Shown piece after piece: positions 1-10,790 of a stretch of 64,000 nucleotides of DNA. Each line of letters starts with the position of its first letter. The first letter of the stretch is position 1. Source of the DNA: Desulfuromonas sp. (GTDB lineage: Bacteria; Desulfobacterota; Desulfuromonadia; Desulfuromonadales; UBA2294); NCBI GenBank assembly GCA_002869615.1, contig PKUH01000001.1, positions 71,937 through 135,936 of the forward strand. Reading direction: 5' to 3'. Position numbers and translations under genes: made by a program. A model generated the notes under the pieces. That model did not search any database. It saw only the letters and a program-made list of their open reading frames with translations, and was not told the origin of the DNA.

Positions 1-358
1 CAATTTCGGCAACGAACTTCGATGTCAGAGTCGCGATTCCGCTCATTCGCTGCAGCAGATTGAGTGCCACCCGCTCGCCCTGAAGCAGGGCCGTCGATGC
101 TCCCTTGATCCAGGCAAGCACATCTCCCCGCTTGACCATCTGTCCGTCTTCAACCAGAGCCTCAAATGAAACGTCCGGATCAATGGTCCTGAAAACTTCA
201 GCGGCGACATCGATGCCGGCCAGAACGAAGTCTTCTTTGGCAACAAGTTCAGCACGGCTTGACGAAGAGGGGGCTATTGTCGCCCGCGTCGTGACATCGC
301 CAATTCCGATATCTTCCTGCAGAGCTGTCCGGATAATCCGTTGTATTTCAAAATCCAT
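1..358 (-). CDS. nadC: quinolinate (nicotinate-nucleotide) phosphoribosyltransferase, N-terminal part; gene runs off the window start
   Basis: My own translation of the minus strand from the ATG at 358-356 gives MDFEIQRIIRTALQEDIGIGDVTT...LLQGERVALNLLQRMSGIATLTSKFVAEI, which matches typical NadC N-terminal motifs. The frame is open to position 1. It is absent from the ORF track because there is no in-window stop. Confidence 0.85.
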   Translation of the reverse strand, partial: MDFEIQRIIRTALQEDIGIGDVTTRATIAPSSSSRAELVAKEDFVLAGIDVAAEVFRTIDPDVSFEALVEDGQMVKRGDVLAWIKGASTALLQGERVALNLLQRMSGIATLTSKFVAEI

Positions 359-443
359 TTTATCTCCCTGAAGTCATGAAATAAAAACAAAAACAGAGCA
401 AATTTATACCATGTATACTGATCCTTCAGCAACCTGAAACCCC

Positions 444-471
444 TTGACAAATCACCGTACAATAATAGAGT
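444..471 (+). promoter_or_regulatory. candidate sigma70 promoter for the OmpA-like lipoprotein gene
   Basis: TTGACA at 444-449, a 16-nt spacer, then TAGAGT at 466-471, about 65 nt upstream of the GTG start at 536. Confidence 0.25.
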
Positions 472-535
472 AGAAAATGATGTGCGAACCTGCCGGACGG
501 CTATCAATCAACTTCACTTACAACAGGAGGAAAGC

Positions 536-1411
536 GTGAGATATCTGGTGATTCTTGTACTGACTGCGGCACTGACCGTTTCAGGGTGCGTCGGCAAGGC
601 CAAATACGAAGAGAAAGTCAGCGAAGCATCCCAACTTTCGGAAGCGCTGAGGTCGTTGCAGGATGACCATGCTGCCCTGCAGGCGAGACATGCCGTCCTG
701 CAGGAAGATTATAACAATCTGCAAATCAGCAACAAGGCCCTGCAGGAAGACCTGGAGCGCGCCCAGAAAGATATTGCGAGACTTGAGCAGGTCCTTTCCG
801 AAAGAAGTATCGAAGCGGGGGCCGCCATGGCCGAAATGCGCCAGGAGATCGACCGGCTAAAAACCGAAAATCGCAAACTGGAAGCGGCTGTCGAAAGTGA
901 GCGGATTGCGCGTCAGGCCCGTATCGCCAAGATGCAAAGCACTTACAACGAGCTGCTTGACAAGATGGAGGCTGAAATCGAGCGGGGTGAAATAACCATC
1001 TCCGAACTCCAGGGAAAGCTGACGGTCAACATGGTCGAAAAGATTCTCTTCCCATCCGGCAGTGCCACAATCAAAAAAGCCGGGCTGAAGGTCCTGGAAA
1101 AAGTCGGTGATATCGTCAAAAACGTTGAGGACAAGGATATCCAGGTCGAAGGACACACCGACAATGTGCCGATCAGCAGCCGCCTCCGCGAGATATTCCC
1201 GACCAACTGGGAGCTGTCAACTGCCCGGGCGGCAACGGTTGTCCGATTTCTGCGTGACCTCGGAATACCGGGCGAACGCCTTGCGGCGGTCGGATACGGA
1301 CCCTTCCAGCCGGTTGCGAGCAACGATAACGCCGAAGGAAGAGCCCAGAACCGGCGGATCCAGATTGTCCTGGTCCCCCCGCGTAACCGGGTTGAAAAAT
1401 CACTTGAATAG
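536..1411 (+). CDS. OmpA/MotB-family peptidoglycan-binding lipoprotein with a long coiled-coil
   Basis: GTG at 536 is preceded by AGGAGG (525-530). The N-terminus VRYLVILVLTAALTVSGC looks like a lipoprotein signal with lipobox. A heptad-rich Q/E/L segment follows. The C-terminal OmpA-like domain reads VEGHTDNVPI...NWELSTARAATVVRFL...NRRIQIVL. Confidence 0.85.
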   Translation: MRYLVILVLTAALTVSGCVGKAKYEEKVSEASQLSEALRSLQDDHAALQARHAVLQEDYNNLQISNKALQEDLERAQKDIARLEQVLSERSIEAGAAMAEMRQEIDRLKTENRKLEAAVESERIARQARIAKMQSTYNELLDKMEAEIERGEITISELQGKLTVNMVEKILFPSGSATIKKAGLKVLEKVGDIVKNVEDKDIQVEGHTDNVPISSRLREIFPTNWELSTARAATVVRFLRDLGIPGERLAAVGYGPFQPVASNDNAEGRAQNRRIQIVLVPPRNRVEKSLE

Positions 1412-1434
1412 AGATTCCGATCAACACTCACCAG

Positions 1435-1458
1435 GGCGGCCGAAACGGTCGCCTTTTT
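1435..1458 (+). terminator. rho-independent terminator after the OmpA-like gene
   Basis: GGCGGCC (1435-1441) pairs with GGTCGCC (1447-1453) including one G-T wobble. The loop is GAAAC, followed by TTTTT (1454-1458). Confidence 0.6.
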
Positions 1459-1620
1459 CATTTAAATAATGACAGAATTTGAATCTTATAATACCCTCAA
1501 TCACTTGCGAATCGTCGATTCTGTGCGATAGTTGCAAACAGGTTCAGAAAAAACCTTTTATCTAATTAAATCAAGCCCTTTATCCACAAAGAATCATCAT
1601 TGCGAACCGGAGAGTTAATT

Positions 1621-4600
1621 GTGCCAACCGGAATACTCATAAGTTTTTTTCAGAATCGCTCCGATGCACGCAAGTGCCTTTGGGCTCTCAATAAAAAGGG
1701 CTTTCGTCGAGCCGCTGTTCTGCATCGCTCGAGCGGCGGCAACATCGACATCCTTGACTGCTTCAAGTGGACCCGGATCATCGGGCTTCTGGCCCTCACC
1801 TTAGGTTCCGGACTGGTAGCGCTTTTTACCGATATCGGCAAACTTGATCTGCGCTTATTCGGTGAAGACTTGCCACTTCATACACTGATTGTCAGCGGTT
1901 CAATAATCGGAATCACCCTTGGACTTGCCTGGCTTAAACGGTCACGTTTCGGTATTGCGACCCGTATTATCGATCAATACGTTCATTCCCTGATGCCGGA
2001 TGAGGCTGCATTGATCTTACAGGCACCGGTCGATGCGATGAAATCACCGATGGCAATAATTCGCGATAAGAGCGAGACCCTTCCGACAATTTTCATCCTT
2101 CATCCAGGTCGCGAACACCGGGGGGCCTCGCGCGATCTCGCCGGCCCTCTCAGCGATGACGAGGTCAGCCGCCGAGCCCGCTTCCAGGGGATTGAACACC
2201 AACTACAAAACAAGGATTCCGGTAAATCAGAACTGCTGCATCGGCTGAAAAAAGAAGGTCAATGGTTTCAGGAAATCTGTACCGATCTTACGGAGGCCTG
2301 CCGCCTCGAACAGGGTGCTTCACCGGTTGCTGAATGGATCATCGATAACGAATTCCTGGTTGCCAAGGCTGTTCGAGATATTCTCGTCAACCTGCCTAAA
2401 AGCTACTACCGTGAACTGCCGGTCCTGACCAGTCACAAACACTGGACCGGCTTTCCCTGCGTTTATGAGCTGGCCAAGGAAATGGTTTTCGACAATGAAT
2501 CGCGGCTCAATCGTGAAAACATTATTTCCTTCATCAGTTCCTACCAGACACTCAAAAAACTTTCGATTGCCGAACTCTGGGCGGTTCCACAAATGCTCAG
2601 AATCGCCCTGATCGAGAGCATTCTCGATCTGGCAATCCGGGTTCACAATGACATGCGCGAGCGCCAGCTCGCAGCCTTCTGGGCAAACCGTTTCATTGCC
2701 GCCAACCGGCGCGATTCATCGCAAATATTTTCGATCCTGGCAGAGCTTGATGATCGCCATCCGGAACCAAGCCTTTATTTCGGTTCACAGCTGATCAGCC
2801 TGCTCTATGATCAGGCAGCCACCCTGGCACCAGTAGAAAGCTGGCTCGAGCGTAAACTTGGAAAATCTGCCAATGATATCAACTTCAGCGAACAGAACCG
2901 CCAGGCCCATGACCAACTGCTGATCGAGGCCGCATTCACCAGTATCCGCCAACTCGTCCAGATCGACTGGCGCGACATCTTCGAAGAATTGAGCTGGGTC
3001 GAAAAAATCATGACCACCGATCCGGCTGGTATTTATCCAGCGATGGACTTTCAGACCCGCGACAAATACCGGCAGGTCATCAAACACTATGCACAACGCA
3101 GCGGCCGAACCGAAGATGATGTCGCGCGTACGGCCATAGAGCTCGCCCGCTCAACAGAAAGTCACGTCGGAACCCTGCTATTCGGTCCGGGCAAAGCTCG
3201 CCTCGATGCGAAACTGGACTGTCGGGAGAACCGGAGCAAACGATTCCGGGCTTTCCTGAGGGCCAACCACTGCGCAGTTTATCTGGGCGGCCTTGGAGCT
3301 ATCTTCCTGGGCATCTATCTTTTCATGTTCAATATTGCATTGACCAATGAATCGATAGCAGCCCGGTTCGGGTTCGCTATCTTATTGACGATTCCGGTCA
3401 GTCAATTGGCTCTCGAAATCCTCAATTACTTCCTGACGCGATTGGTCAGGCCCCGACCGCTCTCGAAAATGGATTTTGAAAAAACAGGGATTCCGGATGA
3501 ATTCCGGACACTTGTCGTTGTGCCGACCCTTTTGACAAGTGACGGAGCCATCAGAGAAGAAATTGAAAAACTCGAAATCCGCTTCATGGCCAACCGCGAC
3601 ACGAATCTTCGCTTCGGGCTTTTTACCGACTACACAGATTCGACCCTTGAACATAATGAAGAAGATGAAGCACTACTGCAACTCGCACAAAAGAGTATCA
3701 ATGGATTGAACAGGCGCTACGACACTGACACTTTTTTCCTGTTTCACCGCGAACGCACCTGGAGTAATACGGAGCAAAAATTTATCGGCTGGGAGAGAAA
3801 GCGGGGCAAGCTGGAAGAGTTGAATCAGCTGCTCGACGGCAGCAGCCCGGACAGTGCAAACAAGCTCGTCTATGCCGGGAACCCGGAACAACTTGACGGC
3901 ATCCGTTTTATTATCACCCTGGACAGTGACACCCAGTTGCCGCACGGCACCGCCCGGCGGATGATCGAAACCCTGGCCCATCCACTCAATCAGCCGCAGA
4001 TTGATGAGTCTGGACAGATCAAACGTGGGACCTACACGATTCTTCAGCCCCGTGTCACCCCGTCGCTGCAAAGCACGAGCAAATCTCCATTCAGCCAGAT
4101 TTACGCCGATGCCGTCGGCGTCGACCCTTATACACGGGTGGTCTCGGATGTCTACCAGGACCTGAGTGGTGAAGGTTCATACCACGGCAAGGGGATCTAT
4201 GATGTCAGAGCCTTCAGCCGGATTCTCTCGAATAATTTCCCCGATGAACTGGTCCTGAGTCACGATCTGATTGAAGGCGCACACGTCCGGACGGCACTGG
4301 TCAGTGATATCGAACTGTTCGACGACTTCCCCCAGGATTACCTTGGTTTTATTACCAGGCTTCGACGCTGGATTCGCGGAGACTGGCAAATATTCCCCTG
4401 GATCTTTCCCTGGGTCCCGAAAAAAGGTGGCGGTTTCAGAAAGAACCCGATTTCGATCTTCAACCGCTGGAAAGTTCTGGACAACCTCAGGCGCAGCCTC
4501 CTGCCAACCTTCAACCTTGCCCTGCTGATTGCCGCATGGTTGACATCACAGCAGGCAGCCATGGCCGTTATGATGATGATCGGCCTGCAAATCTTCTTCA

Positions 4601-7600
4601 ACCCCGTATCCCAGATCCTGTCTGCCGTGACAACCCGGAAAGGCATCAGAGGCTTCTCGGTTTCCCTGCACCTCAACCATCTGCAGCGGGCTCTCGCAGA
4701 AATAGCTATGCTGCCCCATCAGGCGTGGGTAACATTTGCCGCGATTTTACAAGCCTGGTACCGCCTTTTCATCTCTCATCGCAAACTCCTCGAATGGACA
4801 ACCGCGTACGCTGCCCAGACAACGGTTCAACGCCGCCGCCGCCTTTTCGCTGCTTCCCTGCTCCTCGCCTCAGCTTCTGCCGTGGCAATCAGTCTGCTCC
4901 TGTCTGAGCAGCAACCGGACAACCTTGTACAGGCCAGCCCATGGCTGCTCCTCTGGTTTTTCTCGCCTTTTTTCGGGTGGCTCCTGACAGCCCGGCCAAT
5001 CGAAAAAAACCAACGCGAGCTTTTACCGGCGAAAGAAATTCTGTTTCTGCGCCGAATCAATCGCCTGACCTGGCGTTTTTTCGCCGACTTTGTTAACGCC
5101 GAGACCTCATGGCTGCCGCCTGACAATTACCAGGTGTCGCATCAGGATCAGCTGGCTCTGCGGACCAGCCCGACCAATATCGGTTTTGCCATGCTCAGCA
5201 CCGTCGCGGCTTGCGACAGCGGATATATCACTCAGGTCGGGACCCTCGATAAACTCGAATCGACCATGCAGTCAATCGAAAAGCTGGAACGCTTCGAAGG
5301 CCATCTGTTGAACTGGTATGACATCGGCAACCTCACGCCGCTGGAACCCCGTTATGTATCGACTGTCGACAGCGGCAACTTCCTCGGTGCGCTCTGGACC
5401 CTGCAACAGGGGCTCAAAGATCAATTCACCGGTGAAATTATCAGTCGTTCAACTTTTGACGGTCTGCATGATACCGGCCGCATTTTGCTGAGGCGGATTC
5501 GTGACGATAATACTCTCAAGCCGATTCGCAGAGACTTGACCGCACTGCTTGAACAACTCGATCGGCCACCACGCAAGACTGTCGACCAGCTGAAACTACT
5601 ACGTCAGTCGGCCGATGCCGGCAAGAATATCACCAATTCAATACTCGAAATCTATCCTGAGCCGTGTGAGGTCAGTTACTGGTGCAAAGCGCTGGTCACT
5701 GAATTCGCAAACTGGTCAGAGATGGCCGATCAGTATCTTTCGTGGATTGAGCTGCTTGGCCAGCAGCAGAGCAAGCTCGCCGAAACCGCGATCAGGAATC
5801 TTTCCGAGATCAACGAAGACCTGAGCCAGGCGCCATCGATAAGAAATCTCGCCCGGGGGGAATCGGCTTCGGGCGCTCTGCTGAACATTATCCGTGAAAA
5901 TGCCCACACCGAATCTCCGTCCCTTGCCAAATGGGCGGGAGAAGTCCTTGATCGTTTTGCTGTCGCCCAACGTCACGCCAGCGCATTCAGACAACGGCAT
6001 GAAGATCTTCTGTCCAGCATCCGTAACCTGGCGGGCGGCATGAACCTCAAGTTTCTCTATCATCCGGAGAGGAAGCTGTTTTCAATCGGCTACAATGTTT
6101 CATCAGGCGAGATGGACAAATCCTATTACGATTTGCTGGCGAGTGAAGCCCGCTTCGGTGGTTTTGTTGCGATCGCCCGCGGCGACATCCCGATGGAACA
6201 CTGGTTCACCATGGGGCGTCCGCACACTCTGGTCGGTCGACACCGCGTTCTGCTCAGTTGGACCGGAACCATGTTTGAGTACCTGATGCCACAAATATTT
6301 CTCCGCTCCTATCGCTACTCCCTGCTCGACAAGGCGATACACAATGCGGTTGACACCCAGATCGAATATGGCAGAAAGAACGGTATCCCCTGGGGCATAT
6401 CCGAATCCGCATTCGGCGACCTAGATTTCAATAAAACTTACCAGTACAAGGCTTTCGGCGTTCCAAAGCTCGGTTTGAAGCGGGTTCTCGAGGACCAACT
6501 CGTTGTTTCACCCTATTCAACCCTGATGGCCGTCGGAATCATGCCGAAGGAAACGGTTCAGAATCTAAGAGACCTTGACCAACTCGGTATGCTCGATAAA
6601 TACGGCTACTTTGAAGCGATAGATTTCCGCCGCAAACCGGAACGGGATGGCCAGAGGGGTGTCAAAATCCAGGCTTATATGGCTCATCACCAGGGGATGG
6701 GATTTCTTGCCCTGACAAACTTCCTGCACAACAATCTCTTCCAGCGCCGCTTTCATGCCGATCCGAGGGCCCGGGCTTTCGAACCGTTGCTGCAGGAGAG
6801 GATTCCGACCTTGCCTCCACTTCAGCTGACGGCAACTCGTGAGCGGACCACTTCTCTGGTCGAAAGCAGTTCGGACATCCCGGCATCCGGAACCTTTGAA
6901 ACTCCGCACACATCAATGCCGAAAACCCAGATCCTCTGCAACGGCCACTACGACCTGATGATTACCCATACCGGTGGCGGATACAGCAAATGGAAAGGAC
7001 AGGAGATCAGCCGCTGGCGCGCTGATCGAACAAACGACTGCTGGGGAGTCTACTGCTATCTTAATGATCTGGCAGAACGAAAAACCTGGTCTGCAACCTA
7101 TCACCCGATTGGCGGAGAGCCAGACTATTACAATGCAGAACTCGCCCTCGACCGGGCAATCTTCCGCCGACTCGAAAATGACGTCCAGCTTGAAACAGAG
7201 GTTCTGGTTGCCCCGGAAGATGACGTCGAGATCCGGCGAATGACGCTGATCAATCGGTCATCCCACGCCAAGCGGCTCAACCTGACCAGTTACATTGAAC
7301 TTTCGATGACACCTCACGCCGCTGACCGGGCGCATCCGGCTTTCAATAAACTTTTCATCCAGACGGAGGCCGTCGAGGAGAAAAGAACCCTTCTTGCCTA
7401 TCGGCGCTACCGGAGCGAAGAGGCTGAGCCGTTCTTTGTCGCGCACCGTTTCGTCAATGACCAGGAACAGAAGCACTGGCGTTTCGAGACCGATCGCAGC
7501 CAATTCATCGGCCGGGGGCAGAATCTGGCAACGGCCCGTGGAGCCAGCAGCAGCCTCGGCAATAATGACGGCTTCGTCCTTGATCCGGTTCTTTGTCTGC

Positions 7601-10600
7601 GCGAAACCGTATCGCTCGAACCGAGCGAACGGGTTTCTGTTGCAATGATCATTGCCGCCGGTGATTCACGACAAAAGGTCCTTGATCTCGCTGAAAAATA
7701 CAACACCATGCAGGCCGTAAACCGGGCGATGGATTTTGCCTGGCGTTCAGCCCAGATTGAGCTTCGCCAGCTCCACATCCTGCCGGACGAGGCCAGACGC
7801 TTTCAACAACTGGCCGATCATCTCATCTTCCCGAACAATCTGTTGCGCGCACCGGCTGAAACACTTGAAGAGAACCGAAAAGGCCAATCCGGACTCTGGC
7901 CCTACGCAATCTCTGGAGATCTGCCAATTCTGCTTGTCTCAATCGACGAAACCCGTGACATCGGCCTGGTTCGCCAACTTCTTCAGGCTCATACCTATTG
8001 GCGTCGCCACGGCTTTCTCGCTGACCTCGTCATCCTTAACGAGGAATCGGAAAGTTATGAGCAACCCTTGCGCGAGCGGCTGGTCCATCTGATTCAGGCC
8101 CACTCAATGTTTGCCGGCCGCGATCAACCAAGCGGCATATACCTGCGCAGCGCTGAACAAATGCCGGATGAGGACCTCAGACTGCTCAAAGCTGCGGCGT
8201 CGGTCTTTCTGGTTGCAGCCCGCGGGTCGCTCTCACAACAGCTGGGGGTGCCACGGCCAACTCCCGTACTGCCACCATTGTTTAAAAAGTCAGGCAACTT
8301 TGACAGCCCGTCACCACCTTTGCCGGACATTGAGCTTCTGCACCACAATGGTTATGGCGGCTTCACTCCCGACGGAAAAGAATATGTGATCGAGCTGAAG
8401 CCGGGTGTCAGTACACCGGCGCCATGGGTTAACGTCATGGCCAATCCCGACTTTGGCGCCCTGGTCAGCGAAACAGGAGCCGGCTTCTCCTGGTATGGCA
8501 ACAGCCAGCGCAACCGGATCAACAGCTGGTCAAACGACCCGGTCATCGACCCTCCGTCGGAAGCAATCTATCTCCGTGATGAAGTAACGGGGGACTTCTG
8601 GACTGCAACCTCGGCACCGATTCGCAATGACTCGCCATATCGCTGTCGACACGGCGCCGGCTATACGATATTTGAACACAATCATGCCGGCACTGAATCC
8701 GAACTGACGATGTTCGTTCCGGTTGACAGCAACAACAGCCCGGTCAGAATTCAGCGATTGAGGCTTAAAAACAAAGCCCGTCGTAAACGAACCATCAGTG
8801 TTACCTGGTATACGGAACTGACGCTCGGCGAGCATCGTGAAGTTTCCCAGATGCATGCGATGACTCATTGGGACAGCGAATCACGGATTCTGCTCGCCCG
8901 CAACTGCTATCACCCCGAATACGGCAATCGCGTAACCTTCTTCGCGATGACGCCAAAACCGGACTCATGGGCGGGTGACCGGACTGCCTTTATCGGCCGC
9001 AATCGTACAATGACAGCTCCACAGGCAATGTTGCTCGAAAATCTCAACAACCACGGCGGTGCCGGCTGCGACCCCTGTGCCGCCCTGCAAACAACGATTG
9101 AGCTTGCCCCGGACGAAACTGAAGAGGTCCTCTGTATCACCGGGCAGGCAGAGTCGGTCGAGCAGGCACGGCTTTTCTCGCGAACCTTCCGTGATCATAG
9201 TATTGTTGAATCGTCGTTGACTGCAACATGCGAATGGTGGGACCGGTTACTCGGCACAATCAGGGTCACAACCCCCGAACCTGCAGCCGACATCCTGATC
9301 AACCGTTGGCTCCTTTATCAATCACTCAGTTGTCGGATCTGGGGCAGGTCGGCTTTTTACCAGTCCGGGGGTGCGTTCGGTTATCGTGATCAGTTGCAGG
9401 ATGTAATGGCTTTTCTGTTCACCCGCCCCGAACTGGCAAGAGAGCAGATATTGCTTGCGGCCAGTCGCCAGTTCCGTGAAGGTGATGTTCAGCACTGGTG
9501 GCACCCGCCGACCGGTGCCGGTATCCGCTCGAGGATTTCCGATGATCTGCTCTGGCTTCCATTCGTCACCAGCCAATATGTCCGTTCAACGGGTGATGCT
9601 GACATTCTCAACATCGACGTTCCATATCTCAGCGCACCATTGCTGGAACCGGGTCAACACGAAGTTTTCAGTGCCCCTGAGATCACATTCGAACAGGGTA
9701 CTATCTTTGAACACTGCCAGCGGGCAGTCCGAAAAGGCCTGACATCCGGCCCGAACGGTCTCCCTCTGATCGGCACCGGCGACTGGAACGACGGGATGAA
9801 CCTGGTCGGAGCCGATGGCCGGGGCGAATCGGTCTGGCTGGGCTGGTTTCTCTTCGAAATACTGGCCGGCATGGCATATCTGGCAGACCGCCTTGGCAAA
9901 CCGGAACTCGAACAGGAATATCGTCAGAAACGGAATGATCTGGTTCAGCAGATCGAGAAAGTTGCCTGGGATGGGGCCTGGTATCAACGCGGCACGTTCG
10001 ATGACGGATCGCCACTCGGTTCGTCGCGGTGCGATGAAGCGAAGATAGATTCGCTCCCGCAATCATGGGCCTGGCTGACCGGAGCCGGCAACCGCGAACG
10101 GGCCGAACAGGCCATAGAATCGGCGTGGGAGCACCTGATCCTGGAGGATGAACGGCTGGTTCTGCTGTTCGAGCCGCCTTTTAATCATTCAGAACAAAAT
10201 CCCGGCTATATCAAAGGCTACCCGCCGGGAGTCAGGGAGAACGGTGGTCAGTACACCCATGCGGCACTCTGGTTTGCCATGGCTCTGGCGCGCAAAGGAG
10301 ATGGCAACCGCGCGGTCAAGCTTCTCAACATGATGAGCCCGATGGAACATACCCGGGACCGCGAGGCAGCTGCCCACTACGGGCTTGAGCCCTACGCGAT
10401 CGCCGCAGACATATACCGACTTCCCGGCCGCGTCGGTCGTGGCGGCTGGTCATGGTATACTGGTTCAGCCGCCTGGACGTACCGCGCCTGGGTTGAAGAG
10501 ATCTTCGGACTCAAACAGATTGAGAATACGCTCCACATCCACCCGGTGATTCCGCAGGAATGGGAGAGCTTCTGTGTTGAGTATCGACATGGTGACGCCC

Positions 10601-10755
10601 ACTATCGAATTGACGTTGAAAACCCCGAGCATGTCATGAGCGGCATCGCAAGTGTCGAACTTGATGGGAGGTATCTGGAGAACAAGGTTATCCCGTTAAC
10701 AAAGGAACCCGGCAACTACCATGTCCGCGTCCGGCTGGGAGGAGACAAACCCTGA
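1621..10755 (+). CDS. ndvB: giant cyclic beta-1,2-glucan synthase-like protein (NdvB/ChvB/Cgs family: membrane GT domain plus C-terminal GH94 glycosyl-phosphorylase-like domain)
   Basis: A single ORF runs 1600-10755. I prefer the GTG at 1621 because GGAGAG (1609-1614) lies 6 nt upstream. The glycosyltransferase region has DSDTQLP and RWIRGDWQ motifs and multiple TM segments. The C-terminal third (RIWGRSAFYQSGGAFGYRDQLQD...GDWNDGMN...ENGGQYTHAA) resembles cellobiose/chitobiose-phosphorylase (GH94) catalytic domains. Confidence 0.8.
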   Translation: MPTGILISFFQNRSDARKCLWALNKKGFRRAAVLHRSSGGNIDILDCFKWTRIIGLLALTLGSGLVALFTDIGKLDLRLFGEDLPLHTLIVSGSIIGITLGLAWLKRSRFGIATRIIDQYVHSLMPDEAALILQAPVDAMKSPMAIIRDKSETLPTIFILHPGREHRGASRDLAGPLSDDEVSRRARFQGIEHQLQNKDSGKSELLHRLKKEGQWFQEICTDLTEACRLEQGASPVAEWIIDNEFLVAKAVRDILVNLPKSYYRELPVLTSHKHWTGFPCVYELAKEMVFDNESRLNRENIISFISSYQTLKKLSIAELWAVPQMLRIALIESILDLAIRVHNDMRERQLAAFWANRFIAANRRDSSQIFSILAELDDRHPEPSLYFGSQLISLLYDQAATLAPVESWLERKLGKSANDINFSEQNRQAHDQLLIEAAFTSIRQLVQIDWRDIFEELSWVEKIMTTDPAGIYPAMDFQTRDKYRQVIKHYAQRSGRTEDDVARTAIELARSTESHVGTLLFGPGKARLDAKLDCRENRSKRFRAFLRANHCAVYLGGLGAIFLGIYLFMFNIALTNESIAARFGFAILLTIPVSQLALEILNYFLTRLVRPRPLSKMDFEKTGIPDEFRTLVVVPTLLTSDGAIREEIEKLEIRFMANRDTNLRFGLFTDYTDSTLEHNEEDEALLQLAQKSINGLNRRYDTDTFFLFHRERTWSNTEQKFIGWERKRGKLEELNQLLDGSSPDSANKLVYAGNPEQLDGIRFIITLDSDTQLPHGTARRMIETLAHPLNQPQIDESGQIKRGTYTILQPRVTPSLQSTSKSPFSQIYADAVGVDPYTRVVSDVYQDLSGEGSYHGKGIYDVRAFSRILSNNFPDELVLSHDLIEGAHVRTALVSDIELFDDFPQDYLGFITRLRRWIRGDWQIFPWIFPWVPKKGGGFRKNPISIFNRWKVLDNLRRSLLPTFNLALLIAAWLTSQQAAMAVMMMIGLQIFFNPVSQILSAVTTRKGIRGFSVSLHLNHLQRALAEIAMLPHQAWVTFAAILQAWYRLFISHRKLLEWTTAYAAQTTVQRRRRLFAASLLLASASAVAISLLLSEQQPDNLVQASPWLLLWFFSPFFGWLLTARPIEKNQRELLPAKEILFLRRINRLTWRFFADFVNAETSWLPPDNYQVSHQDQLALRTSPTNIGFAMLSTVAACDSGYITQVGTLDKLESTMQSIEKLERFEGHLLNWYDIGNLTPLEPRYVSTVDSGNFLGALWTLQQGLKDQFTGEIISRSTFDGLHDTGRILLRRIRDDNTLKPIRRDLTALLEQLDRPPRKTVDQLKLLRQSADAGKNITNSILEIYPEPCEVSYWCKALVTEFANWSEMADQYLSWIELLGQQQSKLAETAIRNLSEINEDLSQAPSIRNLARGESASGALLNIIRENAHTESPSLAKWAGEVLDRFAVAQRHASAFRQRHEDLLSSIRNLAGGMNLKFLYHPERKLFSIGYNVSSGEMDKSYYDLLASEARFGGFVAIARGDIPMEHWFTMGRPHTLVGRHRVLLSWTGTMFEYLMPQIFLRSYRYSLLDKAIHNAVDTQIEYGRKNGIPWGISESAFGDLDFNKTYQYKAFGVPKLGLKRVLEDQLVVSPYSTLMAVGIMPKETVQNLRDLDQLGMLDKYGYFEAIDFRRKPERDGQRGVKIQAYMAHHQGMGFLALTNFLHNNLFQRRFHADPRARAFEPLLQERIPTLPPLQLTATRERTTSLVESSSDIPASGTFETPHTSMPKTQILCNGHYDLMITHTGGGYSKWKGQEISRWRADRTNDCWGVYCYLNDLAERKTWSATYHPIGGEPDYYNAELALDRAIFRRLENDVQLETEVLVAPEDDVEIRRMTLINRSSHAKRLNLTSYIELSMTPHAADRAHPAFNKLFIQTEAVEEKRTLLAYRRYRSEEAEPFFVAHRFVNDQEQKHWRFETDRSQFIGRGQNLATARGASSSLGNNDGFVLDPVLCLRETVSLEPSERVSVAMIIAAGDSRQKVLDLAEKYNTMQAVNRAMDFAWRSAQIELRQLHILPDEARRFQQLADHLIFPNNLLRAPAETLEENRKGQSGLWPYAISGDLPILLVSIDETRDIGLVRQLLQAHTYWRRHGFLADLVILNEESESYEQPLRERLVHLIQAHSMFAGRDQPSGIYLRSAEQMPDEDLRLLKAAASVFLVAARGSLSQQLGVPRPTPVLPPLFKKSGNFDSPSPPLPDIELLHHNGYGGFTPDGKEYVIELKPGVSTPAPWVNVMANPDFGALVSETGAGFSWYGNSQRNRINSWSNDPVIDPPSEAIYLRDEVTGDFWTATSAPIRNDSPYRCRHGAGYTIFEHNHAGTESELTMFVPVDSNNSPVRIQRLRLKNKARRKRTISVTWYTELTLGEHREVSQMHAMTHWDSESRILLARNCYHPEYGNRVTFFAMTPKPDSWAGDRTAFIGRNRTMTAPQAMLLENLNNHGGAGCDPCAALQTTIELAPDETEEVLCITGQAESVEQARLFSRTFRDHSIVESSLTATCEWWDRLLGTIRVTTPEPAADILINRWLLYQSLSCRIWGRSAFYQSGGAFGYRDQLQDVMAFLFTRPELAREQILLAASRQFREGDVQHWWHPPTGAGIRSRISDDLLWLPFVTSQYVRSTGDADILNIDVPYLSAPLLEPGQHEVFSAPEITFEQGTIFEHCQRAVRKGLTSGPNGLPLIGTGDWNDGMNLVGADGRGESVWLGWFLFEILAGMAYLADRLGKPELEQEYRQKRNDLVQQIEKVAWDGAWYQRGTFDDGSPLGSSRCDEAKIDSLPQSWAWLTGAGNRERAEQAIESAWEHLILEDERLVLLFEPPFNHSEQNPGYIKGYPPGVRENGGQYTHAALWFAMALARKGDGNRAVKLLNMMSPMEHTRDREAAAHYGLEPYAIAADIYRLPGRVGRGGWSWYTGSAAWTYRAWVEEIFGLKQIENTLHIHPVIPQEWESFCVEYRHGDAHYRIDVENPEHVMSGIASVELDGRYLENKVIPLTKEPGNYHVRVRLGGDKP

Positions 10756-10790
10756 AGAAGAAAACCGGAAAAAAAAGCCAAGTGCCGAAC

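Noticed and set aside
1580-1588. An exact DnaA-box 9-mer, TTATCCACA, upstream of the giant gene, raising the question of an origin.
   Set aside because: It is a single box; the only other near-match (TTATCCACC, around 27970) is 26 kb away. There is no AT-rich unwinding region, no dnaA/dnaN context and no strand-bias switch of genes. One occurrence is expected by chance in 64 kb.
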